Assembly (NCBI RefSeq): GCF_023055435.1
Contig: NW_025963791.1
Location: forward strand, 36,952,001 to 37,016,000
Length of the DNA stretch: 64,000 bases
Direction of reading: 5' to 3'
Source of the DNA: Haliotis rufescens
Taxonomy: Eukaryota
A model generated the notes under the pieces. It was not told the DNA's origin and searched no databases. It was given only the letters and a program-made list of their open reading frames with translations. The position numbers and the translations under genes are program-made. Below are positions 51,201-59,416 of the stretch, in pieces (the stretch's first letter is position 1; each line of letters starts with the position of its first letter).

Positions 51201-54200
51201 GAGAATGTATAATATTGTATCAAGTCTTTGAATGGCATTTAGAAGTGATACACATAAGAGAGAGAATTTATGGATGTCAACCTTTTTGTTATGAGGAACA
51301 CAACATTTCGGAGTATATACTTACTCCATCAGGTTATGAGGAACACAACATTTCGGAGTATATACTTACTCCATCAGGTATATACTTGTATGTTCTGCAA
51401 GAAGTTGACATCTATAAATTCTCTTCCTTATGATATTTATGTGTGTGAAAGGATGTAGGTAGCAACTCCATGAATGTAAAACCATTTTTCTGCCGAGCAT
51501 GCAGATCTTTCCCCAGATGTATTTTTGACATACATTTCATCTAAAACAGAGAGTCGACTGATTCGGAATCGGTATCCCCGGCTCGACCTAGCTCCAGCAT
51601 GATTGGCAAGCGGCCGACTAGCGTGAAGATTCTGCCCTACCCCAGTCGGCGCAAGGCCCTGGCGCCTCTCCCTGACAGGTCCAAGACACCAAGTGTGGTG
51701 AGAGAATTCGTACATACTAGAAAACACAATGTTAAGCTTTATACCTACTGGTATACAAGTGGTATACAAGTGAATATGAAAGATTGTCACTGTGATATTC
51801 AGTAATGCACAAGGGATCACCTTTGTAAAGATCTAATTGGGATTAAGACGATAGTCGTACGTTCTCATTCTTTGTTTATTTCAAAATTTGTTAGTACAGT
51901 TTGAATTATTCAGTCCGAATAATAATAAGTTAATTTTCAGAATATGTATTATAGGACACAATACGAAAATAAGTTTGATCAAGTGAAAAATCAGATTTGG
52001 TAAGCAACTTAATGTTGCGTGTGTGATTGTGAAGGTTGTTTTGACTAGCTGGCTGCAAGATTTTTGCAGAATGGCAAATTTTCAGGATTTATTTATTTTC
52101 ATGACTTGTAAGTTCCTGTTATGAAATGTGTTTCCTATCTAGGAGGAGGAGATGCCAAACAGTATCAGCATCAGACGAATAACACCCGCCCCCATACAGA
52201 AGAACACCGCCCTCCCACCTCTAGCCTACGACCCGCAGCAGGAGAAGGGCAAGGTGTGCATCAGCTGTTGACCCACTCTCACATCACTCTCACATCACTC
52301 TCACATCACTCTCACATCACCACTCACATCACTCTCACATTACTCTCGCATCACTCTCACATCACTCTCACACCACTCTCACATCACTCTCACATCACTC
52401 TCACATCACTCTCACATCACCACTCACATCACTCTCACATCACCACTCACATCACTCTCTCACACCACTCACATCACTCTCACATTACTCTCACAATACT
52501 CTCGCATCACTCTCACATCACCACTCACATCACTCTCACATTACTCTCACAATACTCTCACATCACTCTCACATCACTCTCACAATACTCTCGCATCACT
52601 CTCACATCACCACTCACATCACTCTCACACCACTCACATCACTCTCACACCACTCACATCACTCTCACACCACTCTCACATTACTCTCTCATCACTCTCA
52701 CATCACCACTCACATCACTCTCACACCACTCACATCACTCTCACACCACTCTCACATCACTCACACCACTCTCACACCACTCTCTCATCACTCACATCAC
52801 TCTCACATCACTCTCACATCGGAAACTATGTAACAGTCCATGTTAAAAGATATGTGTTAAGACAAATAAACTGTAGAATCTACTTATACAGAGTTGAATG
52901 CTGAGTTGAGGGCTTTTCAATGCTTTGTAACCAATTGCAGATCAAAATGCTGTGTTTGTGCTGATAACTACCTATGTAAATTATGAAATGATGAAAAACA
53001 TACAGGCATGGTATTACCCCTCTAGTTGAAACTTTACGTATGATCCTGTGTACTGATATAGAATGATGTACTGATATAGAATGATAATGATTACTTGATT
53101 TTGTATTACTCCTTCTTTGCAGCGGAAAATGACCTCGTTACGAGTCAGCAGTGCTATTGAGAACAAGGATGTGCGAACGCTTCACTTCAACCGGGAGAAG
53201 AGCAACCCGTCCATCGACCCACGGCCCAGTACAACTCATGCAATGAGAGTAAGCTGTCACAATTACATTCCGAGGAGAACATATATTGATGTATTTTCAT
53301 CAACTTTAGCGTAAGGTAGCCCCTTATGCAAGATGTTTGTTGGATCAGTCAAATTGGTCAGTATTGCTGAGGTCACTTATCATACTAGCGTCCAGATAAC
53401 TTTTGAAATTAATGGATGTTGATGAAATCAGGGTTGATATTGAGGGGGTATTGTTCACATACATCCCACCACATAATTATCAGAAAAGATTTTGTTTCCT
53501 TTTTGTCAAATGGTTGAGTTTCTTCCCAATTATTAAGACTGTCACTTGTAGTTGCAGTATGCCTTTGTCAAGACTGCTGTTTAGTTGTTGTGTGATTGAA
53601 GAATACATTTACTGTTTCATGTCTGTTTCAGTCTGATACTCCTTTTCAAATGGGAACTTCCGGGCGTCGGTCGTCAACACCGCTGGGCTACAGCAGGGGT
53701 ATGCTTCATGGTAAGTTAGTTCAGCAGTACCCGCACGGCAGCAAAGGTGGGTATTAGGGGGTTGCAGTGGCTGCCTAGAATTGACTAGTACTTAAATGAG
53801 TGACCACCGGAGTGGACCACTTGGTCTGGACTGGCTGTGCATCTTTGTACCCGAGCTGATCCTTGCTGATCGAGCTGTAATACTGCTGACAATGCCATTG
53901 TTCATTCGTGGATGCTGGGTTTGTGTGAAACTGTTACATTGAGCTGATAGACATAATGTATACTCACCAACAAAAGAAACATGAACACCATACATGTTGG
54001 TTTTTATATGAAGAATTACTCATGTTCAAGAAACATTAGATTGCTTTGATGCGCAAATGAACATACTGGTTTGTTATGTGAATCGATGCTCATGAACGCA
54101 TCACATGTTACGTCAAAGTGAGTGAGTGAGTGAGTATGGTTTTACGCCGCTTTTAGCAATATTCCAGCAATATCACGGCGAGGGACACCAGAAATGTGTG

Positions 54201-57200
54201 ACGTCAAAGACCCATGACACGAGATGCACCATTTGTCACATGGAAAAATTGGCATGTAAAGTCTGAAAATCGCATGCAGCATATCGTGTTAAGAACAAAG
54301 ACACTCTGTGGTAATACTTGACTGATTGTTAGTTTTGTCATTAAGTGGTACACATTGGAAACGTCTCCTTAACGTTCATACTTTACTATATATGTTTCTA
54401 TGGTTCGCGTTTCTTTATGTTGTGAGTATTTTTTGGGTGGTAGACCTTGACATTTTTGTAGACTGTTGTTAATTGAACTGTTGTACCATTGTTTGTGATG
54501 TAGGCAGCAAGTCTCTCGGCATCACCGGCAGCAGTCTCCAGCACTCGTCCGACCTCGGTCCACCTCCCAACATCATGGAGAATGAAGGGATGGAAGAGAG
54601 TCCACTACACAACCAGTGGCGTGAGTACCTCCTGCAGGCTGCAGTACCCAGCTACCTCCTCCCAGATGTACCCACAGCTATAGATAAGCTTTTGCTTATT
54701 TGAGTATTTTACCCGGGGTTTGATTTTGATCGGGTATCCACAAGTTTTAGAGGGTTTTCACATTTGGCTATTTAAACTTAAAACCTTTTTCATAACAATC
54801 CCTGTAAATCATTTAAGACTATGTGAATAGTAGTATACCCATCTGCGTCTGCTTGCAGCTTCTACTTCAGATACTAGAACAATGATTTATAGGGGTTTTG
54901 TTGTACAGATGCATTACAGATTTATGTTCCCTGTTTACTCTCATGTTGTCCAGGGGCGGTCGGGTAGCCTAGTGGTTGAAGCGTTCGCTCGTCACGCCGA
55001 AGACCTGGGTTGGATTCCCGACATGGGTACAATGTGAAGCCCATTTCTGGTGTCCCCCGCCGTGATATTGCTGGAATACTGCTAAAAGCGGCGTAAAACC
55101 ATACTCACTCACTCACTCACTCACTCATGTTGTCCTAAATTGATAGAGATCTGTCACTTCTTTGTCCCAGAAGCAATAAAGCTGTATGATACTTGAACGG
55201 TGACCACCTTACATGACCATTAGCTCTGACTCTCCTTATTGAGTCTACCATGACCCTGATGACATGCTCATACTGTTAACCTCTGGCTCAAGTCTAGTTA
55301 AGATGTATTGCAGAAATGTTGCTTTGTGAAACAGGCCCAGATCTCTTGTCAGAAGCGTGTTTCCTGTAACAGGAAAAGTTGCTTTCCTTTAAAGTAGCTG
55401 ATCACCCCACAAGCACATATCAAGTTAGTTACGAGAGCTGTTGTGCCGAGATGGCCTTGAAGGGGGCTGAGATCACCTTTGTCCAACTGTAGCTGATCAC
55501 CCCACAAGCACATATCAAGTTAGTTACGAGAGTTGTAGAGCCAAGATGGCCTTGAAGGGGGCTCAGATCACCGTTGTCCATCACTAGCAGATCACCCCAC
55601 AAGCACATATCAAGTTAGTTACGAGAGTTGTAGAGCCGAGATGGCCTTGAAGGGGGCTGAGATCACCTTTGTCCAACACTAGCAGATCAGCCCATACTTC
55701 ATCTCACTCCCCATCAGCTTGTGTCTCCATTGGCTCACCCTCCTCCTGCCCTGTTTCAGCCAAGGTGTCGCTGTGGGGCCTCATGGAGGATAGTATAGAG
55801 GAAGCATTCTGAGTTTGTCCTTCTTCGTTATGTTTGACCTCACTAACATTGTTCTCTTAACAGCACTTGTGTGGTGAATCCTGATTGAATGTTGTATTAA
55901 TTTTAACTCCCTTTGGAGCCCATTTCACAGCAATCTAATCTGAGACATGTTGATGATTGATACTCAAATTTGCAGATTTACAAGAACAGTTCACAAATTC
56001 CATTAATAATGTGTGAATGAGTGTGTTGTGGTATTTGACTTTATGAGTGCTCGCATTTCTCCATCACAATTAGGATGTCCACTGTCTTGTGTCCTGTGTA
56101 GAGGACGAATGTCAACATTGGACTATATGTAAAGGACGAATATCCTGTTCTTATACTCTGTCCACAACATAGTGATATATGCCTATGTTATATTTTGACA
56201 GTTATGTCATAAAAACAAGCTAGTATTATGAAGTTTGTTAATGTGAGAAATTGTTTGATCTGCTTAATGTATCTACTTGTATATATCCCATTAGGGAAGA
56301 GCGTAGAGGATTTGAATTTGAGTGACCATAATCTTAGTCATTCCGTATGTTCTTCAGCCACCTGGATGGGTTTGGATCTGGGGGGGATGTTTTTGTTCAC
56401 TCTTCTGATAAGCAATGTGCATTTGCTGTAGAAAGATGTGTTGACAGATCAGGTCTGATGTCCTTAGAAATAAACTTGAACTTGAACTAGTGACCTGCAT
56501 ATAAGGGCCAAGTGTTCATGCAGGCAAAACAACTCATTCTTTTAAGTACTTGCCTGAATATTGACAACTAATCGTTAAGATAAGAAACTTATATTCACCT
56601 AATTGGTACCTATGCTAATAGATTACTTGAAACAAGGGCTGGTGGGTAGGTGTTAGAAAAACTCACTGTTGGGATTTTCATATCAGCTAAGAAAGATTTT
56701 CATATAAAACTAGTTTAGTATTTATCAATAGTTGATTTATTTATTTAGGAGGTGATCACTGCTCTTTACCATAAATCAGTGTGTGTTCAAAATAAGTTTA
56801 TATGACTATAGTTAATATGTCATTGCATGACAGATTAATTATAGTCATATGAAAAATCGGGTGTTCTTTGACTGACAGATTAATTTTAGACATATACAAA
56901 AGAAATGGGTGTTCTGTAACTTGTTAGGAGTACAGTAGAACATGGATGTAACTACAAGGGACTGGAGAAATCAGTTTGTTATGTACGTTGTGTGTTGTAC
57001 ACGTTTTTGCTCAGAAACATCCACCTTCGGGTAGTACAGGTAAGATTAATATAGAGCAAGTTTAACAAGTTTGAATAGTTTGATTGTGTTGAAGCACTGC
57101 GATTGTGTTGATTCGCCGCTGATTGCGTACAGCCAGTTGTCACAGCGGTAGAAACTAACAGTTTCAGTCCACTAGTCCTCATAATGATAACATATAGCAA

Positions 57201-57629
57201 AACCCTTAAAAATGGCAAATTTCTACTGGTCCTTATGATACCTTTACTATTGGGCAGTTTGGCAAGGACTATAGGACTAGTGCCAATTTCTAACGCTGTG
57301 TCAGTGACACTTGACACTTAGTGAGATTTCTCAGTTTGCTATACGCGGCACTAATTAGTGGTAGATGGGCTTGTTGGGGATCAGATATCAGCTTTCTATA
57401 TATATGTTCGCTGGAGAGAGTTCGTTTTGTACATAAGTTTTATATGATAATATATAGCCGATAAATCAGGGATTTTGTAATAGTTCCTGGTATATGTTTG
57501 TTCGCTCTATCCGTGTTTGTTATATTCGTGTTCTTCTGTAACATGTGTGTTTGTGAATATGCAGCTATAAGTGTGTTTTCTTTGTTTGCAGCACCAAATG
57601 CATCTCGGAGGAGGACTGTGCGTACTTGA
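16598..57629 (+). CDS. FAM149B1: FAM149 family (DUF3719) protein, FAM149B1/FAM149A-like primary cilium protein; 16 coding exons, 667 aa
   Basis: Manual splice join of 16598-16878, 33737-33844, 41360-41498, 41872-42011, 42922-43059, 46664-46831, 47117-47246, 47748-47796, 48388-48500, 49750-49868, 51550-51697, 52143-52253, 53123-53248, 53632-53710, 54504-54620, 57592-57629 gives 2004 nt, open from ATG to TGA. All introns are GT-AG with matching phases. Family recognised from recalled conserved motifs (no search run). A versus B1 orthology cannot be resolved from this window. Confidence 0.88.
18211..18488 (+). mobile_element. SINE family A copy preceded by a poly-G run
   Basis: Alignable over its full length to the other family A copies. 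Confidence 0.92.
19168..19905 (+). repeat. Compound minisatellite built on CCAACATTGAATCATCCAC
   Basis: Tandem copies with interspersed variant units. Confidence 0.97.
20863..21768 (+). repeat. 37-bp minisatellite GATTGAGGATCAGGTGGTCACAGTGTGTTACCTGGCT
   Basis: About 24 head-to-tail copies, no spacers. Confidence 0.98.
22615..22871 (+). mobile_element. SINE family A copy, diverged, B-box region deleted
   Basis: TSD TC(T/C)TGTGAAAA; internal deletion across the B-box region. Confidence 0.88.
24180..24375 (+). mobile_element. Family C copy, 5'-truncated
   Basis: TSD TAAGATT; body matches 12760-12950. Confidence 0.88.
26691..26847. mobile_element. 157-bp MITE with CAG...CTG termini and 5-bp TSD
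   Basis: TIR CAGCGGTAGAAA / TTTCTAATGCTG; TSD TGTTT on both sides; second copy at 57143. Confidence 0.88.
28387..29932. promoter_or_regulatory. Array of RFX X-box motifs within the satellite monomers (putative)
   Basis: GTTTCCATGGTAAC at 28387, 28727, 29067, 29236, 29405; GTTTCCATGGCAAC at 29919; one-mismatch GTTTCCATTGCAAC at 28557 and 28897. Consensus is GTYNCC-AT-GGNAAC. Function not shown. Confidence 0.5.
29481..29824. mobile_element. Same MITE in the opposite orientation, inserted into a satellite monomer
   Basis: TA TSD at 29479-80 and 29825-26; sister monomers show the empty site AAAAACGTTAAATACTTTC. Confidence 0.95.
30460..30660 (+). mobile_element. Short HINE of the same family, carrying less than one satellite monomer
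   Basis: Degenerate 5' inverted repeat, GTCC/GTCT microsatellite, GGAGCATAACT...GGTGCCTTTTG partial monomer, GGGGGGAT and GTCATC-ttct-GATGAC terminus. Confidence 0.8.
31583..31705. mobile_element. Small hAT MITE
   Basis: Termini TAGGGCTGGGAC / GTCCCAGCCCTC; 7/8 TSD GTAGTT(A/G)T. Confidence 0.8.
33737..33844 (+). CDS. FAM149B1: FAM149 exon 2 (RGFTRTPIDDRPPLDSVDEDPIMRQILDSIHEPVS)
   Basis: Strong polypyrimidine tract ...ctccttctctttcAG; donor AG|GTCAGT; phase 2-2. Confidence 0.85.
34356..34483. mobile_element. Inverted pair of Penelope-like (PLE) terminal remnants
   Basis: 56-bp inverted arms with a 16-nt spacer; the - strand reads TTGATAATGGTG-n-CACCGAAATGTC...AATAAA, the layout of a PLE end. 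Confidence 0.6.
35052..35186 (+). mobile_element. SINE family B copy, diverged
   Basis: GGGTAGCCTAGTG...GTTCGATTCCCCAC...GCTAAAAGAGGCGTAA. Confidence 0.8.
36015..36800 (+). repeat. 31-bp minisatellite CCATTGCCTGTCAGTGCTTCCTCCCTGACCT
   Basis: About 25 copies. Confidence 0.98.
37500..38058 (+). mobile_element. Diverged family D-like SINE interrupted by a family A copy
   Basis: GGTTCAATCCC...ATACCAAAAG...TTAAGGGGACAAAACAGGGACTGG; tail CATTTCACAACCTCACCTCAC after 38027, similar to the tail at 455-498. Confidence 0.65.
37730..38014 (+). mobile_element. SINE family A copy nested in the tail of a family D SINE
   Basis: TSD TCTTGAAAGTGA at 37718-37729 and 38015-38026. Confidence 0.93.
39101..39207. 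mobile_element. PIF/Harbinger-type MITE
   Basis: TIR GGCCCCGTTCCACAAAGYGATCTTAGCGCT; 3-bp TSD CTG; diverged relatives at ~38793-38902, ~27020-27057, ~55320-55340 and ~63708-63730. Confidence 0.85.
39212..39310. mobile_element. 99-bp foldback/MITE
   Basis: 28-bp inverted arms TAATACCAATTTTATGAAACG(T/A)GTGAAT, 27/28 identical. Confidence 0.75.
39394..41194. mobile_element. Non-autonomous hAT element, 1.8 kb
   Basis: Termini TAGGGCTGCAACGATA / TATCGTTTCAGCCCTA; subterminal CGATAC repeats; perfect 8-bp TSD ATTTTTAG; no transposase ORF. Confidence 0.93.
41360..41498 (+). CDS. FAM149B1: FAM149 exon 3 (LNTTPASSGRSSPT...TERSSLDSSYSWD)
   Basis: Acceptor cttccttccAG; donor GTGAGT; phase 2-0; TERSS..SW motif. 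Confidence 0.92.
41503..41800 (+). repeat. 16-bp minisatellite CCTTGTCATACCYGGT starting at the exon 3 donor
   Basis: Tandem copies with variant units. Confidence 0.95.
41872..42011 (+). CDS. FAM149B1: FAM149 exon 4, DUF3719 core (EFDRQAAKTVNQLFDEIERFLFEG...ECKDWSTHFPHL)
   Basis: Acceptor gtcttcttcAG; donor AG|GTAGGT; phase 0-2; hallmark FAM149 motif. Not in the ORF track. Confidence 0.95.
42074..42360 (-). mobile_element. SINE family A copy, antisense, in intron 4
   Basis: Reverse complement of family A; TSD CTTTTCTTGTGA at 42062-42073 and 42361-42372. Confidence 0.93.
42558..42902 (+). mobile_element. SINE family D (tRNA head, CORE-SINE-like body, internal (CGCA)n, (TCACC)n-like tail)
   Basis: A box TGGTCTAATGG, B box GGTTCGATCC; body CATTAAGGGGATAAAACAAGGACTG...GCTAGCACTATAAAA; 14/16 TSD CTTCA(T/C)CTGTGT(A/G)TTG at 42542-42557 and 42903-42918. 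Confidence 0.8.
42922..43059 (+). CDS. FAM149B1: FAM149 exon 5 (RVLGTQKVEPQDEGFQEIP...SADSQ)
   Basis: Acceptor gtgttgcAG; donor GG|GTAGGT; phase 2-2; completes FPHLRVLG...DEGF. Confidence 0.93.
43075..43500 (+). repeat. (CCCCATCATCA)n-type simple repeat just after exon 5
   Basis: Direct inspection. Confidence 0.97.
43500..43660 (+). mobile_element. Family C fragment, diverged
   Basis: ACTGGATTGTCTGGTCCAGACTC...CATATAGCTGGAATATTGC. Confidence 0.75.
44119..44132. promoter_or_regulatory. Single perfect RFX X-box GTCGCCATGGCAAC (intron 5)
   Basis: Exact consensus match outside any recognised repeat. Confidence 0.4.
45045..45695. mobile_element. Probable pogo/Tigger-like MITE remnant with an internal 107-bp tandem duplication (45121-45333)
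   Basis: TA|CAGTCAAGTCCCGTTAATCTGACA left end; partial match TGTCAGATTAA near 45683. Confidence 0.55.
46249..46403 (-). mobile_element. Family C fragment, antisense, diverged
   Basis: CTGTAAATAATCGAGTCTAGACCAGACAATCCAGTG is the reverse complement of the family C body. Confidence 0.78.
46664..46831 (+). CDS. FAM149B1: FAM149 exon 6 (GLSVTGRQ...FEEILAQDGVYEEVIAIDYKD)
   Basis: Acceptor tgttgttgcAG; donor GTAAGT; phase 2-2. Confidence 0.93.
47117..47246 (+). CDS. FAM149B1: FAM149 exon 7 (HEDSEHKKQITPRRRRIGYPPITPNACVKDSVASSVFDCMWNE)
   Basis: Acceptor atgttacAG; donor AG|GTGAGA; phase 2-0. Confidence 0.93.
47503..47670 (+). mobile_element. Family C copy, truncated and internally deleted
   Basis: TGCTTGTCGTAAGAGGC...AAACAACAAACAAAC. 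Confidence 0.85.
47748..47796 (+). CDS. FAM149B1: FAM149 exon 8 (IISWMRPIIKEYTILI)
   Basis: Acceptor ttgtttcAG; donor AG|GTAGGG; phase 0-1. Confidence 0.85.
47877..48143 (+). mobile_element. Family C full-length copy, (GAAA)n tail variant
   Basis: TSD GATA(T/G)GCATTT(A/G)G at 47864-47876 and 48144-48156. Confidence 0.9.
48192..48255. repeat. (TA)n microsatellite
   Basis: Direct inspection. Confidence 0.99.
48388..48500 (+). CDS. FAM149B1: FAM149 exon 9 (ESKQDLVPSSGFHVSP...GLMQPR)
   Basis: Acceptor cttgttttccAG; donor GTGAGT; phase 1-0. Confidence 0.87.
49148..49692. mobile_element. hAT MITE carrying a nested family C element
   Basis: Termini TAGGACTGGC / GCCAGCCCTA; 7/8 TSD ACAA(T/G)ATG. 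Confidence 0.8.
49360..49624 (+). mobile_element. Family C full-length copy nested in a hAT MITE
   Basis: TSD ATCGACA at 49353-49359 and 49625-49631. Confidence 0.9.
49750..49868 (+). CDS. FAM149B1: FAM149 exon 10 (PFQALTLQRAHTHIG...IDGCLQISRVTLKNKNA)
   Basis: Acceptor tttccttgtAG; donor GTAAGA; phase 0-2. Confidence 0.87.
50018..50065 (+). repeat. (GGT)n/(GGGGGT)n tract with G-quadruplex potential
   Basis: Six consecutive G5 runs separated by single T. Confidence 0.9.
50504..51004. mobile_element. 501-bp MITE with CAG...CTG termini and 5-bp TSD
   Basis: TIR CAGAGCTCCAGATAAGCT / AGCTTATCTGGATCTCTG; TSD GATTG; degenerate left end again at ~54673. Confidence 0.88.
51550..51697 (+). CDS. FAM149B1: FAM149 exon 11 (ESTDSESVSPARPSSSMIGKRPTSV...DRSKTPSV)
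   Basis: Acceptor tttcatctaaaacAG; donor G|GTGAGA; phase 2-0. Confidence 0.85.
52143..52253 (+). CDS. FAM149B1: FAM149 exon 12 (EEEMPNSISIRRITP...ALPPLAYDPQQEKGK)
   Basis: Acceptor tttcctatctAG; weaker donor AAG|GTGTGC; phase 0-0. Confidence 0.82.
52272..52820 (+). repeat. (CACATCACTCT)n simple repeat just after exon 12
   Basis: Direct inspection; produces the spurious His/Thr-rich ORF. Confidence 0.97.
53123..53248 (+). CDS. FAM149B1: FAM149 exon 13 (RKMTSLRVSSAIE...DPRPSTTHAMR)
   Basis: Acceptor ctccttctttgcAG; donor GTAAGC; phase 0-0. Confidence 0.9.
53632..53710 (+). CDS. FAM149B1: FAM149 exon 14 (SDTPFQMGTSGRRSSTPLGYSRGMLH)
   Basis: Acceptor gtctgtttcAG; donor G|GTAAGT; phase 0-1. 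Confidence 0.9.
54118..54195 (-). mobile_element. SINE family B, 5'-truncated, antisense
   Basis: Reverse complement of the family B 3' end; flanked by TGT(T/G)ACGTCAAA direct repeats. Confidence 0.85.
54504..54620 (+). CDS. FAM149B1: FAM149 exon 15 (GSKSLGITGSSLQH...EESPLHNQW)
   Basis: Acceptor gtgatgtAG; donor GTGAGT; phase 1-1; LGITGSSL resembles the C-terminal motif recalled from FAM149B1. Confidence 0.87.
54952..55123 (+). mobile_element. SINE family B copy
   Basis: TSD CTCATGTTGTCC at 54940-54951 and 55124-55135. Confidence 0.93.
55395..55690 (+). repeat. 95-bp tandem repeat, 3 copies
   Basis: Units start at 55395, 55490 and 55585, with a partial unit at 55680. Confidence 0.95.
57143..57298. 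mobile_element. Second copy of the 157-bp MITE
   Basis: TIR CAGCGGTAGAAA / TTTCTAACGCTG; TSD TGTCA on both sides. Confidence 0.9.
57592..57629 (+). CDS. FAM149B1: FAM149 terminal coding exon (PPNASRRRTVRT*)
   Basis: Strong acceptor gttttctttgtttgcAG; phase 1 continues to TGA at 57627-57629. Confidence 0.7.
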
Positions 57630-57910
57630 TAGGACATGAGAATTTTGCAATGTGTGCAAGTTCGTGCCATCAATTGTGTCTTTCCACACTCAAGGAACTT
57701 ATCCCTTCATCCTAACTTGTGATACCAAACAGAAGATGAGGACATAGCCTGTGATACAGGGAGAACCCGATACACGCAGAGAACCCATTATGTAGAGAGA
57801 GCAAGTCGGGGGGTCTCTCAACAAGCACCTGTCTGTCCAGCTCTTAGCCAAATGTCAATGCCACGGTCTCTTGCTTCAACCTCTACAGCACTAGAAGTGG
57901 TGCATCCAGG

Positions 57911-58081
57911 GATGTGACACCGCTGTGTTTCTAAGAGGATGTTGGGATAGTAAAGGATTCTGTTTCAAAAGGAAAGGTGGTTTATTTTCTGCATGTAACA
58001 CCGCTGCCTTTCTTAGCTGAAGTTTGGATGGTACAGGATTCTGTTTCAAAAGGAAAGGTGGTTTGTTTTCTACATGTAACA
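57911..58081 (+). repeat. 81-bp diverged tandem duplication in the probable 3' UTR
   Basis: GGATTCTGTTTCAAAAGGAAAGGTGGTTT at 57955 and 58036. Confidence 0.85.
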
Positions 58082-59064
58082 ATGTATGGTATGAAGAGAT
58101 GTGTCATATGTCCAAGTGTGTGTCCATAGTCTCGGGCCCATGCTTCAATCACAAGAGGGGCACACAGAGTGTCAACCTTCATGTTTCGGGCCATGCTGCA
58201 GCTGAAACGCTATCCGTGAGTGTCGGCACACATAGGAGTGGTAGGACTGAGACGTGATGTATCAGCCCACTGGACCATGTTCACAAAGGTCCAGCACTGT
58301 TCAACTGTATTGTATCAATCAGACATTTGGGATTCTGGTCTCAGTGTAAGGAAAGCACACATGACTTGTCTATCAGACTTACTGTGATATGGTGCCTCTG
58401 GTGCCCTCCGGCTTCAGTGGGGGCCTCCTGCAGTTCCTGTGATTATTGTCAAGTTGGGCCTCATCGGTCACATTTACTCAGCCTGATCTTTACCTCATGC
58501 GAGTGTTAAGTAGTCCTGGAAACAAATCTACAGACCTATATTTACAGATATTCTAATAACACAATAATGAACACAATAATGAACACAATAATGAACACAA
58601 TAATACAGAGACTCCTCACCATGTAATATCGCCTACTGTAGATCTGTTATCTGTTAGCTGTGTTGTGATTGTCATTATGAATCCTGTGATATGTTCGACT
58701 AACCTGACACACACCAGGGGCAGCTGCTGCTTAGTCGTGCTTTGCCAACTTAGAGCCACTGTATTGAGCTGTTTCTGTCCCAAGTAGCAATATTCAAGCC
58801 ATGCCTCGACCTGGCAAACCAGTGATTGATTGCAGGAGCACAGTCCACATGGATGACACACCTTTGGCAAGGTCACACATTGTGACCAACCGATCCTCAT
58901 CTTAGTCTACTTCAACAAGCATGGGTTTGTAGGATCTGCCAGGACATGGTACCACAAGGCTGCTGTCTGTACTCCAGGGATTATTCATTTGAATCCTTAT
59001 GAAGCAAGTTCAGCTGCTTAGTCAGCTAATGTGGGCCATGATACTATCATAGTTACATTAGAAC

Positions 59065-59416
59065 TAGTGGTGGGACGATACACCGAAGCATCGCTGGATA
59101 GTGATTTTTTACTTCTCTACAGTAAAAAGTATCGCTTCTTACCTTTATATGTTTTCTTGAATAAGTGTTACACCAAACACTAATTACTAATGAAAATGAG
59201 TAGGGAAAACGTAAATATTTTCTTCCATTGTGCCATACCTGACACTGCCAACTGTTAATCATTAGTGTGCCAGGTATTTGGCAATCCTGTCTATGAAAAA
59301 AGTGGCTTACGCATCACAGATAAGTGCACATGCAAGTATCATGATACGTATCGGATCGTGAGCAAGGTATCGTGATACGTATCGGATCGCACAGTTGGTG
59401 TATCGTCCCAGCCCTA
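59065..59416. mobile_element. hAT MITE (CGATAC subterminal family)
   Basis: Termini TAGTGGTGGGACGATACACC / GGTGTATCGTCCCAGCCCTA; perfect 8-bp TSD ATTAGAAC. Confidence 0.92.

Noticed and set aside
52121-52846. 241-aa His/Thr-rich ORF
   Set aside because: It is a translation of the (CACATCACTCT)n repeat; the real exon 12 is in another frame.
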